Below are positions 25,125-36,915 of a DNA stretch of 64,000 nt, in pieces. The translations under genes and the position numbers were made by a program. Within the stretch, counting starts at the first letter, position 1, and the number at the start of each line of letters is the position of its first letter. This stretch comes from Schmidtea polychroa (Eukaryota). The stretch lies in the NCBI GenBank assembly GCA_044892525.1, contig CM097885.1:33482001-33546000 (forward strand), read 5' to 3'. Below the pieces are notes generated by a model. It did not search any database. It saw only the letters and a program-made list of their open reading frames with translations, and was not told the origin of the DNA.

Positions 25125-25503
25125 TAATGATGGATTTTTATGAATTGTTCTGGATTTTTATTCGAAATATCGATATAATTTTCTTTTCGTAAGATTTTAT
25201 GGAGATTTTCTTTAATTTTCTTTTTGAATTTTTTCTAATCGCCTTTATTCGAATTTGTTTTTTGTTGTTTTATGTCTTTCGGTTATATTTGAGTAGGTTT
25301 TCGTGTAATACTTCTTGCTCGTGTTTTATTTTATTTTTAATTCAGATGTTTTATTTTTGGGTATATCATCTCTATTATTATTGTTTACTTGGTGTTTTAT
25401 ATATTTTTATTTAAGTAAACTTAATACTGGGTATGCGTGTTGTGTACTGACACATTTCGTCCCATTCCTAACTTTGGGTTCAGAAATCAGTTCTAGCCCA
25501 ACA
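25125..25503 (-). mobile_element. Second, diverged copy of the LTR-like terminus (homologous to ~22990-23320)
   Basis: AGAAATCAGTTCTAGCCCAACAATA is identical at 23299-23323 and 25482-25506. Collinear similarity extends ~350 bp to the left. Confidence 0.7.
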
Positions 25504-25505
25504 AT

Positions 25506-25960
25506 ATGATGCATAAGATGGCTGATTCATGGTTACTATCGTTAAAAGTGATGGATGTAAATTCAACCGACCAGACGTGGATTTTGATAATCAATCGAAG
25601 ATTATGTGATAAAATCGAGGACAAAAAGCTGGAATATATAAATCCGATGACGATGGAACAGGATGGAAGCGTTACATCTTTTACAGTAAGTCAAACCCAG
25701 AGGCGTGTCTGGATATTAGCAGTTCTTATGACGGTATTTATTTTTGGCTGACGGCCACCCACTAAATTGTAGCACCAATATTGCTTATGACATGCATTTA
25801 GTGGTCAATTAAATAATTATGCCCGATTACGAAGGGAAAGGTGTAGAATCAAAAGTATTTACAGGACAATTCGAGTACATGCATTAAAAGCACTGAAAAA
25901 ATGTAAAAATAATGGAAATGAAAGGAGCATAAGGGCTAGGAAATTATTTTGGACTGGATC
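25506..25960 (+). pseudogene. Mutator-like transposase remnant
   Basis: Frameshifted pieces LDISSSYDG..WLT.(G)H, DMHLVVN*IIM, SKVF and ALKALKK occur in the order of the DIxVSYDGTWxxRGH...VVDYxIMSK...DGDSK...ALRxL pattern of Mutator-like transposases. Confidence 0.4.
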
Positions 25961-26324
25961 CACGAAGTTTGACTACGTTTCTCCTTATATTAATGATCAA
26001 GAAATCTTAGGCTAGTCTACATCGCCTTTATCATTATTTTTTCTTTACTATATTACATTTAAGTTAATATATATTACAATTACAACATTAAAAACAAATT
26101 TTGATTACAAAAATTCAATAGATTACAAAAAAATAATTTAATGATAAATAATTTGTAATTTATCGAAAAATATTTTGACAAATGATTTTATATGTTAAAA
26201 TTAGTTTTTGTAAATTGTTTGATTGTTTAACTCTATTTTCAAGGTTAAATTATGGTCTTAGTTTATTGCATGATTCTTGACCTAAATTGTTTTATTTCGA
26301 TTTTATTATAAAGTTCGCCTTAAA

Positions 26325-26493
26325 ATGAAGTATAGTTTACGCATACTACTTCTCTTTATTGTTGGAGTATCTTTTGCATATGTAACTCATTTTTTGCAAA
26401 ACAACAATGGTGGTCTTTTCAATAGAGGATTTAATATATTTGGATTATTTGGACCATCAGTTTGGATTCCTGTATTTTGTGGCATCACAGCAG
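26325..26493 (+). CDS. INSIG: Insulin-induced gene protein (INSIG), exon 1
   Basis: MKYSLRILLLFIVGVSFAYVTHFLQ...SVWIPVFCGITA aligns to INSIG R..VLF..GV.LA.V...LQ...WVP..CG.A. Phase-1 donor G|gtttga at 26494. Confidence 0.85.
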
Positions 26494-27039
26494 GTTTGAT
26501 TTAGTTCTATTTGTAATGATTATGGGGATACTTTTATCTTAAAAATATACTTATCTAATAATTCTTTTTAAATAATTCACAGATTTAATTTTTTAAATAA
26601 ATCTGTGTTTCGGCGGGTTTATTTTTGACAATATGATTGTCATTATAAATCAAAATTGAATACTAGTCATTTTGAGCATTTTTAAAAATTTACTAATTCT
26701 ATTTTAAAACGAAATACACATGAAAACAGTATAAGTCGTATATAGCTCTTTTTTGGTAGATATGTATCAAACTGAGATGTTAAATAGTTTTTAACTAATT
26801 ATAATTGTTAAATATGTTAGAAGGACGATGGGTTTATTATCTTTGCTATATGAATCGTGATTTTTTGCATTTATTTGCAAGTTATTCTTATCATAAAATG
26901 TTCATTTTTCAAATTGAACACTCACAATATATATATTTCATACATTTGTGCCAGCGCAGTAGGAGTTCTACAAATGCATTTTTTTGAAGAAATGCACATC
27001 CTTTTTTCGAATAACTCTTTGACTACGCGCTATAAATCC

Positions 27040-27260
27040 TCTGTCTGTGAATGCTAATAATCAGATAAGAACTATAAAAAGCGTCAAGCCAACCTGCTCA
27101 ATTCTGACTTTCGAAATATCTACTTTATGAACAGGCACATTGTCATGCAAAAACCACAGTGGCGTCCCTGCCTGACTTATCCCTATCTTTCTGGCTATTT
27201 CTATAAGGTTGATGGAGTACTCGGTATTAATCTCAATTGAAATTTAATAAAGATAGAGAA
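27040..27260 (-). pseudogene. Tc1/mariner transposase DDE fragment in the INSIG intron
   Basis: Translation INTEYSINL...PLWFLHDNVPVHKV resembles the I.S..Y...L / F.HDNAP.H catalytic block. Confidence 0.5.
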
Positions 27261-28411
27261 TCCTTCTGATAGTTAGACTGCAAAAACACCTCAATTTCAC
27301 TGCTGATTTTCTTTTGCAATACAAAGAATTTTATCAATTTTTGATTGACAATTTTTCAAAATTTTGGCTTCTTGGTATCCGACCTCCTTAATGTAACCTG
27401 AGACTTCTTTTTTGATTTCATTGTATCTATTTTTGTTTTACGGTGGCTCAGCTGAATCAATCCAACCCCAGCATGTACGATCAATACTGCACAATTAGCT
27501 TTGGATGTTCTAGTAATCATATTTTGAAATCATCAATAACGGTGACGTAGTAGTTTGAGGTTTCGAATGTCAGAACCAATACTTATTGTTATCTACTATA
27601 TAATAACTCGAGGACGATATCACGAGAATTTAAAAATTCAAATTTCCCACTCTTTATCAAGATTCTTTTTGAAGTGATCAAACTTATACCAAAAATATTG
27701 TCATGAAAGAGTTATTGAATTAAAATAAATATGAATTAAACCACATATTGAATCTATTTTTTAACATACAAATTTATGTATTTGAATTGATAACATGATT
27801 TCGTCCTTTTATAACTCTGAAAGGTTATAGCTAGTAAACTTATAATAAAATGTGTTATACATTGTTACATTGCTACATAGAAAATTATGTATATTAGGCC
27901 AGGAACCTAAACGCACCACATACTCTTTAATTTAAAGCGCAATCAGGTATTTATTTTAATATACTTTACATTAATATACTTATTACTGACATTAAAAATG
28001 TTTCTTGTGCAAAAATTACTGGTATTCAATACAAAAGAGTTGTTATTGTTTTTACTCGACAATAGGTTTATCAAACAAAAGCACTCACAACTAACGTTAA
28101 GATATTTTAAAATATTGTAGATGCCATAACTATTTTTAGCTAATTAACTGTGAATTGCACTGTATTATTGTAATTGCACACCAGTTATTATACCTGAAAA
28201 TTTAATGATTACAATTATTAATAATCATTTTTTTACTTTTTCGTTGACATCAGCAGAAAACTAAATGAAGATCAATGAAATAAAAAAAAAACCAGATCAA
28301 AGATATATAATAATAAAAATAATAAAAATTTGGCTTATACTTATGCAGTGCAGATGAAACAAATTGTAACATTATTCACTAGTAATAAGTTATTTCAAAA
28401 CCTTTATGTAT

Positions 28412-28442
<31 letters not shown>

Positions 28443-28518
28443 CAAACTCGCGGGCCACTAAGAAAATCTTGGCAGGCCAGCCAATTTCGTAACTTAATTT
28501 TTAAAATTTCTATTTATA

Positions 28519-29632
28519 CATAAATGGGGAGTCGGAGTTGGAGTCAGAGTCGATAAAAATCAATCGACTCTTCGACTCCTTTTCCACTTCGAAAAAATAA
28601 TAATTTAAACTTCTCTATTTCACACACGTATGTTAAAGTTGCGAAAAACATGAATGCAAATAAAATGCAGCAGGTTATCGGTCTAAAAACCGAACAATGC
28701 GTGGATAAAAGGCGAACAATAGTTTTACTACAAGATCCCAAAAGAAATAAGAACTAATGTGTCTAGAGAGAGAATTTATTCAATCTTTATTTATATGTTT
28801 AATTTATTCCATTATAAAACGAAACAGTTGGTTAAAATTTAATGCAGCGAAATAATTAATAACTTAAAGTATAAAATACATGCAGTGCTTTAATTCCTAA
28901 AAAATAATAACAATAAAAAAGAAAGTTTAAGCTATATAATTCGTTTATCTCTCTTAAATGTCCGCGCTCTCTAGTCTCTAACGTTAGATATCGATTGTTA
29001 AGCCTAACGCAATTATCACAGAGTCCCCCTCTTTCAAATCGGAGACTTAACTGGTTATATCCGGTTTTTGATCTCTCGATGAAAGGAAATCCGAAAGTTA
29101 TTAATTCCGTCTTAAATTAATAAACTTTGATAACTCTAGTTTTTACCATTGAGTTTAATGGTAAAATTAAATCTATTTACAGACTTGATTTAAAGTTTTA
29201 GGCCGAATACTTTGTTCGTTAGATAATTAAGAATTCGGAGTCATGATACAACGTAAAACATCGCCGTCAAAATAATATTTACGAGTGCCAGCCTTATTTC
29301 AAAGGGTGACAATTTTCCCGGTTTTAAAATTTCTTCAGCTGCATTTGGAAATTCGTAACTCCTTTACTATTTATCTTATATATATATATATATGAATTTC
29401 GTGAAGCTTCTTCTATCAGCGTAACGTAAAACAACTATCTAAAAAAAATATTATTTTGACAACCAAATTTCAAAGGTTAACAAATTTTTCAGTGATAAAT
29501 TTTCGGAATCAAGTAGTGCCTTAATGAAACTGAAAGGAGTCGAGATTCGAGAGTCGGAGTCGATGAAAAAAATATAGACTCCGGAGTCGGGAGTTGGGAG
29601 TCGATCGTTTTCCAATCGACTCCCCATCCCTG
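28519..29632. mobile_element. Non-autonomous DNA transposon (hAT-like) with GGAGTC subterminal repeats, in the INSIG intron
   Basis: TIR 13/16 (CATAAATGGGGAGTCG versus reverse complement CAGGGATGGGGAGTCG). Clusters of GGAGTCG/CGACTCC at both ends. TSD not recognisable. Confidence 0.7.
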
Positions 29633-30769
29633 GTAAATAGTACCGATGGATGGCAATACTACAGAGCTAGATATATTTAATTGTGTTTATGAACTTTCGC
29701 AAAAATACCTTTTATCTCTTTCAAAATTGACTTAGGTAGCAACAGATAGAGCTCCTTCAATAACCGGAAAAACTAACAGTTTATTATTTCTTAAACTATG
29801 AAGTTTTTAGTAACCAAAATCAAGACGTCAGCTTGATTTCTAATCTAGTAAGGTTTCAAAATTTATTCGTCATGGTTGATATAATAAAACTCTTATTTGA
29901 TTTCGATTTAAAACTGCAAAGAAAAGATCAGATATTTACAAACATTTGAGACCAAGTTAAATAATTTAAACGTAAGCTAGTTCATATGTAAAAACAGTTA
30001 AAAAATGAAAATTTGTCGCAATTTCCGACTTGCAGCATAAAATAATAAAGTTTAGATAAAACTGAATCTTATTATTTTTTATTTGTTTTTTTAATACTGT
30101 TTGTTTTGAAATAAACTTAAATTTCTTTGAAAATCGTAGTTGTAGTTGATTTGCCTTGACTTGGTTGCATAAACTAATTTATTTACAAAATGAATAAAAA
30201 TAGTTAGGTAGAAACTTTAAAAGACCAAGAAATATTCATAAGCTCATTTATGTAGGAAAATAAAGTGTTTAATAGTGAATATATATAAATATTAAATATA
30301 TAAATGTGAAACGTTAAAATCAAAGTTAAAGTAATTTATAAAAATAGAATAATTAAAAGTTGAATCGAAACTGCTAGGTTGAAATTTAGCGATAATTCTC
30401 AAAAAAACAAAGTACTATCGTTGTTTATAAAGAAAAGGATACAGAAATAAAATTTGTTTGAAAAAGAAAAGTTGTAAAAATATTATGAATAGAGAAATTT
30501 GCAAATGAAATTTAAATTAATAAAAACAAAGTCTTACAAATAATAAAAATTTCGAGTTAAACATTTATAGTTGTTATGTGAGTCACACATTAAATAAAGT
30601 TCAAATCCAAATTTTGCAATAAATATTTTACTGGAATTATCGTGATTTTGTAAAATATTTATTACATACGAACTTTGAATTTTGAATTTGTTTCGTCGAT
30701 AAATTTTATTTAAGTAATTTGAATTCGAGCATAAATTTACATTATTTTTATAAATTTCATTCATTTTAG

Positions 30770-31191
30770 TTTTTATTGGATGCCTTTATCCTTGTATCGA
30801 CATAAAATTGGGGCAAATAAAATTTTATAATCAAGAATGGGCAAGTGTGTTGCGATGTATGGCACTGTTTCTTGGTATCAATCATGCTCCAGATAAATTA
30901 GATTTCACATCAGATTCCCAGTTACAGTTCTCTCTATTAGCTATGTGTATCGGTCTTTGGTGGTTATTTGACCAATCCTTCACTGGCTTAGGGTTAACTT
31001 CTGTCACTACGTTTTTGGTCACGATGTCTTATCGGTTGTTAGAATACATTGGATTATACCGACTCAGTCATCCTGAAATGCATAGTTGGCTGCCATTTGT
31101 TTTCTTTTCTGGAACAGTTACAGTCGGTATTGTTGGTAGACAGTTGGCAAAGTCGGACATCCTGGAGATAGTCAAATTAAAAAATCAATAG
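30770..31191 (+). CDS. INSIG: INSIG exon 2 (complete protein 196 aa)
   Basis: Acceptor tcattttag at 30769, in frame with exon 1. Reads VFIGCLYPCID..EWASVLRCMALFLGINHA..KLDF..GLWWLFD..G.GL..SWLP.VFFSG.VTVG.VGRQLA. Confidence 0.95.
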
Positions 31192-32037
31192 AATTCTTTG
31201 TCCATCATATTCTCGCCTGATGTTTCTTAAATTTTATTACGATACATTCTGTATATTGATGATTGTTTTTTAAACAGAATTTGGTCCTTTGTCATTAATA
31301 ACGACGCCAAAAGCAAAATATAATGTATATAAAGATGTTTTAATGTGATACTTTTCATTTATATAATTTTGCCATTTAATATTTTAGAAAATAAATGTAA
31401 TATCGATCGTTTTATTTATTAGTCGCTCGTTTGAATAATACAATAATCAATTTATATTTTAATGATAAAATATATTTTTACATGTAAAAATTGTTAAACT
31501 CCTTTATTCATTCTTATACATAATACACTATTTTTTGTGTGAGAACATAGTGAGTTGAATTGATTCTACTTAAACAGCAAAATTTTTCTCTAAAATGTTG
31601 GAAAGAAATTTTAAGCTCACAAGAATAATAGGAACATTTCACCAAATCCTGGTAAAAGGAAAGGTAAGTCAATAGTAAAATACACCTAACTTGGTAAACG
31701 TCCATTTTTGGTAACGTCCATAATAATTAAATAAGTTTTATATTATAGAAGTAAATGCACAAATGTACCGCATATTTATAGAATACGCATAACATATGAT
31801 ACAATCCACCAAGACATTGAAAAATGTTTATGTGAGTTATTTTAGATATTGAAAATTGAAGAATGCCTTAAAAGGCTAACGTGCATATAGAGAAAAACAT
31901 AAATAGATCAAATAAAAGAGCTGCGAATTTCAAACTTTATTTTTATTGAACCACCAAATAAAAAAAATATCAAAGATCAAATCAAAAACAAGAGGTGAAC
32001 ATAAACACCTATAGGTGTGCGATAGAGGTGAACATAA

Positions 32038-32183
32038 ACGAGAAATTCTGTATATAATATCCAATCGTTCATAAGAATCCGAAAAATAGTTGATTATCAT
32101 TATTAGCGGAAATTTCATACAACATTCGAGAGCATTCAATTTGATATCCAAAGTCGACAAATCTGACAATCAGACGTAATATT
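32038..32183 (-). repeat. Dispersed repeat, copy 2 (see 8084-8245)
   Basis: Reverse complement nearly identical to 8084-8245 apart from an internal indel. Confidence 0.85.
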
Positions 32184-32801
32184 TTCATAAACTCATATAG
32201 GGTCTGGGTTGTGAGGAGCTTCATTTGCAACAATGTATAATATAGCATTTGTTTTGGAAAATAAAAATAAAAGTCGAGTTAGTGGCGGTTCAACATTAAA
32301 AAAAGAAAGTGGTTGGAGAGCGAGCTTCTTGGTCACTCTTACGGATAGAGCAAGTTAAAAGTGTTTTCATTTTTTAAATTTCAAAATTATTTCAGTTTTA
32401 ATCATAAATTGGTAAAACAACTTTTGTTTTTTTTTCTTCTGACAACCTTTGAAAACTGCTGAGATATAGCATTTACCAATTATTAATAGTCAATATGATA
32501 TTGGGGTGATCTTTGTTGTGAAAAAAAGAATAACAAATAACAGGAAAAATAAGACAAATGAAGAGAATGTTTCTTTTTAGAAGAATTGATTGTTTAAATA
32601 TTGTTGGGATATTAAGAAATTGTCGTTAGGAATTTGTTTCATTCTGCCTCAATCAAATCTCACAAAATAATTTTATTCAGACAAAAATTGATTACATTTT
32701 TATTTTCCAAAATCTAACAAATGCTAAGATACTCCATAGATATCACTTTCAAATCAAAAATACAAATCTGGTTAAACTAACTTTATTCGAATAAATCGCT
32801 T

Positions 32802-33000
32802 TGTTGAGGATACCTAAATAACAAATAGTATATTAAATAAGTAAATTTGGAGGAAGATCGTCATGACAAATGGGACGATCTATGGAAACTCCAAGAAGAA
32901 AACGGAAGTAAAAAGAAATGAAAAATCAGAAAGATAAATCAAATAAAAGAAAAAAAACAAGAAATTAAAACAAAGGTCTAATTATCGGTGATTACATTAA
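32802..33000 (+). mobile_element. 5' fragment of an LTR related to the LTR at 34633
   Basis: TGTTGAGGATACCTAAAT..AAATAG...ATCGTCATGACAAA is shared with 34633 onwards. A probable opposite-orientation LTR end (TGTTGGG) lies at ~32602. Confidence 0.7.
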
Positions 33001-33319
33001 TATATTTTATTAATTATTATTCAATTGTAGACATGTATGGATTTTTATATTTATTAGTTTGCAATGTACTCAATTTAATTTTTATTTCTGATTACTCTAG
33101 CACTATAAATCTCTTGACTTCCAGTTGAAAGGACTATCTCAACCTATTTAGAATTTTTATTTATTGTTATCTTTAATACGACGGATTCCTAAATGGTATC
33201 GTCCTTCGCTTTTAATCAAATATTAAATTCTCTTCAGACAACCAATTAAAACAATAACAACTTTATTTTCATAATTAGGCAAGCGATTAAACAATCATAT
33301 ATAATAAAATGTTTCATTT

Positions 33320-33740
33320 TTACTGAGATGCATTTGTGCTCATCTTCAATTCCCGGAAGCGCCTTCTTTTTAGTTTTACTGGCCTCGGTTTACAAGACCT
33401 TTTGTCAATTGTGAGAACTGTGAGCATTTTTGACAGTAAGGCTACAATTGTCGGAAAGAGCTTGTTCTGCCGACTTCAGCCTCTATGTGGGTTCCTATTA
33501 CATTTCCAGAATTCTTTGAGCTTGCTCTCGGATCGGGATCTTAAGATCACGAAAGATTCCCTGATCCTCGACCCGAAACTTCTCCATGACTCAATCTTCT
33601 GATTTAATTTGCGCATATGTTCCGGTCGGAACTATGTCACTTCCATTCGACGGGATTTCCGTAACATCGATTCTACTCTTCTAATCCCGCTTCTGAAGTA
33701 TATCAGACTACCTCCTGCCAGAATCTTTATATTGGATCTA
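33320..33740 (-). pseudogene. TWF family member C, two in-frame stops
   Basis: RMEVT*FRPEHMRKLNQKI, with TAG at 33632-33634 where members A and B have TGG. The frame runs ~140 codons with two stops and has a basic tail. Acceptor gactaacttgattttag with CTAAC branch lies at a similar distance upstream as in A and B. Confidence 0.6.
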
Positions 33741-34632
33741 CTAAAATCAAGTTAGTCAAATTTAAGTTAATATCGCATATTGTATTCGTACTACCATCTA
33801 TATTTTGCGATAATGAAATGTTATTAAAAAGTAATTTTGTTTGTTTTAATTGTCTGAAGAATTACAACTCTTATAACAATAATTTTGTTTTAATTTACAA
33901 TATTCGCAGTTAAAATCTATTTTATTTCTACATATCCTTTCACTCTCAAAGTCAATGAATTTTATTGCTGTCTTTAAAATTTGTCTATCTCTCTCTATTG
34001 TTAAATTCTTACTTATTAAAGATTTTATTTGATTTAATTTCATTGCTGACAAATGGGTCATTTCGTTTAAATTGAATTTTAAATAAAGCTATAACTAATT
34101 CAAAGACACAAAAAATAGATATGAAAAAGCAAATGTTTATTTTTTAAACATTTCAAACATGTCGTGATTTCTTTTGGAACTTTTCACTCTGTTAATTGTG
34201 GCTTTGATCGGCCTCTTGGTCCATTTTTCAATCGTCTCGCTGCTGTCCTTCAAATCCTCGTTTTACCTACTCTAGATTTATCATAATGAAGAAAACAAAT
34301 CGGAAACTGAAGTCCACAGGATATCAAATCTAAAAAAATAAAAGTTCGTATCTGTTATATCTCTGATGTCAACGCATTTCAAGTCAAACTCAAACTATGG
34401 GAAAGTTAATTATCAAAAAGTAACACAACGCATTTTTTATGTCTAATTGAATATAAAACTGATACAAATTTGGATAAAATTTGCATATATTGTAGCTCAT
34501 GAACATGAGCACAAATTATTTTGAAACCCATTCAATTCTCATGCAGTTCTCATGCAGTTCTATTCTGAAACATATGCAGGCTGAGTGATCAAAAATCTTT
34601 TAAATGAACTATAGCAATGTCAAGTATCAAGT

Positions 34633-35334
34633 TGTTGAGGATACCTAAATGATAAATAGCATAATAAATAAACAAATTACCTGAGGGAAAATCGTCATGA
34701 CAAACTGTGAATATGGAGCAAAAAAGGAAAATGGAAAACAAAATTATCTCAAGTATTGCAAATGGGGCAAGCTATAAAAAGGAAGACAAAGAAGTTAGAA
34801 TACGAGAGAAAAAGTAAGACAAAATTAGAGACGAAAGGAGAGGCAAAACTAAAGTTAGAAAGAGACAAAACCGAGACAACAAGAGAAGAAAAACGTGAGT
34901 TAAATTTAAAGAGTTCAAAAGGAGAATCAAAGGAAGAATTAAAAGGAGCAATTAAGGGGAGAATTAAACCTGGTTCAGAACAGAATGAAACGAGAAGTGA
35001 CGAGAATCTTTTGTAAAATTGAATATAAAGTGGAAGTGAAGTAAATAAATTTGTGGTCAAAGCAAATAGATAATTGATCAAAATACCCTGCAATTGAGTA
35101 GTTGACGGCTAGTGATTATTGTTGTGGTTTCAGAAAGAGCTATTCTTCACGTAGTATCGCAATAAGCTTTGTGTGATTAATTGGTTGTAATTGGAATTTG
35201 TGTGATCTAGTGTGAATATTAATAAAGCTTATCGTGTTCGAGATAGTTAATTTGTGATTTAATAAAACACGCTTTGGAGTCAGAGTAAAAAAGTTTGAAT
35301 TTACAAACATTGTCACCAACCCAATAACCCAACA
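34633..35334 (+). mobile_element. 5' LTR (702 bp) of a Ty3/Gypsy-type element
   Basis: TGTTG...CAACA termini, purine-rich U3, TATAAA at ~35024, AATAAA at 35221 and 35261. Followed directly by a PBS-like site and gag. Confidence 0.85.
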
Positions 35335-35339
35335 TATTT

Positions 35340-35357
35340 TGGTGAGCCTGTCGTGAT
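35340..35357 (+). promoter_or_regulatory. Primer-binding site (TGGTGAGCCTGTCGTGAT)
   Basis: TGG 5 nt after the LTR end. Resembles tRNA-Arg-type PBSs (TGGCGAGCC...); the tRNA identity is not verified. Confidence 0.65.
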
Positions 35358-35513
35358 CAAAAGTTGGTGAAAAATAAATTGTTGAAAGGACAATTGTGAA
35401 AATAAAGTGTGATAAATTAAAATTATTAAAGTTAATTGTGAAAAGGTAAATTATTTATTGTAGTAATAATTTGAGATTTAGATTTGTGCAATTTGAGAAA
35501 ATAATTTATTAAA

Positions 35514-36134
35514 GTGAATCGATATTATTTACGTAGCAAGAATAAAAAGAAAGCTATGATTAGTGAAGATTTGCCAGTTTCAGTTGTTAAAGAAAATAAT
35601 GATTTTGCAAGTTGTCAAAGATTGCCAGTAGAGCAATATGGAGGAGATCCAGTTATTTTTGTTGATTTTAAGAGCGATTACTATATGTATGCAACGGCTT
35701 ATGGATGGTCTCAAGCAATCATGATTCAAAGATTACTCTTATATCTTAAAGGAACAGCTAGAGAGGTTTGGCAACAAATCGTCAGGAAAACAATCGGCAA
35801 TGATTGGGCCAAGTTGAAAAATGCATTGGCTGCTAAACTTATTGGAGGAGATATTAAAAGATTAATGCGCCAAAAATTGTATAATAGAGTTCAAAATCAA
35901 AATGAAACAGTGAGCGAATTTGCGTATCATTTATCGACTCTTGCCAGCAAATCCTTTGAAGAAGATGCAAAACAACCAGGATTAGCTCAACAGATACAGG
36001 AGCTGATTCAAGACCAATTTTTGTCAGGAGTAAATAAAGAGATCAAGATGGCATTATGTTGTGTAGACTATGACAATTTTGATGAACTAGTTAAAAAGGC
36101 GATGAAAGTTGAATTGAATCTAAAGAGCTGTTAA
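35514..36134 (+). CDS. gag: Ty3/Gypsy Gag, capsid region only
   Basis: 206-codon open frame (first ATG 35556) with LKGTAREVW, W..LK.AL, NRVQ..NETVSEFA..L..LA and DQFL.G retrotransposon-gag motifs. No zinc knuckle or pol follows. Confidence 0.85.
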   Translation: MNRYYLRSKNKKKAMISEDLPVSVVKENNDFASCQRLPVEQYGGDPVIFVDFKSDYYMYATAYGWSQAIMIQRLLLYLKGTAREVWQQIVRKTIGNDWAKLKNALAAKLIGGDIKRLMRQKLYNRVQNQNETVSEFAYHLSTLASKSFEEDAKQPGLAQQIQELIQDQFLSGVNKEIKMALCCVDYDNFDELVKKAMKVELNLKSC

Positions 36135-36519
36135 AGATGTTAAAGATGTTTTAGTAAATTTTAGTAAAGATGTTTATTAAGTTTTTTTGTTTATTAAGAT
36201 GTTTATTAAGGGTATTTTTTGCAATAGAATTTTTTAATAAAAAAATATTTATCAAATGGGATATAGTTAGTTATATTTTCTCTAGTAAAATGGATAAGGG
36301 GAATTTTTTGTTTAAGATGTTTTCTTAAATAAATAAATAGATAAATTATTAAAATTTTGAAGTGAACTTATTTATCAGAGGTTATTTTGAAAAGAGGATT
36401 ATTCAGAGGCTATTGAGCAATCATTTTTCTAATTTAAGAGCATTTATGTTGATTCTAAAATTTTATCATCATTTATATAAGATATAATAATTTTTTTATA
36501 AATATATATATAGTTGTAT

Positions 36520-36782
36520 CAGGGTCGTCAAGAGCCAGGCCGGGCCCCCGATGCAATTGGTCAGTAAGGGCCGCCCTCTTTATAATTACAAACTGATATA
36601 TTTTTTAAAAAACATGTGTTTCAGCTATCCTATTTATTACTTATGAAATTCCATGATACATATAAAATTAAATTATCACAAACTTAGATTTTTAAAATTA
36701 TTTAATTATATAAAAATGCCAAATATGATTATATCTCGGCCCGATGATCTGCATCGCCGGCATCGTCCTCCTAACCACGATG
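36520..36782. mobile_element. hAT (Tip100-like) MITE
   Basis: 8-bp TSD AGTTGTAT / AGTTATAT (7/8). CA...TG ends with imperfect TIR. GGGCCC and CGATGCA/TGCATCG subterminal motifs. Confidence 0.7.
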
Positions 36783-36915
36783 AGTTATATATAAATATGG
36801 TAATGGTTTGATATACCTATAATATACTATATATGAAATATATATTCTCTAAGATTCTTTATATGTGTGTTCTCTGTTTATGTTGTGACTTTTTAGCTAA
36901 TGCTTTTATTTCAGG

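Noticed and set aside
34749..35093. K/E-rich ORF 34756-35016 and antisense ORF 34749-35093
   Set aside because: Compositional artefact of the purine-rich LTR U3 region.
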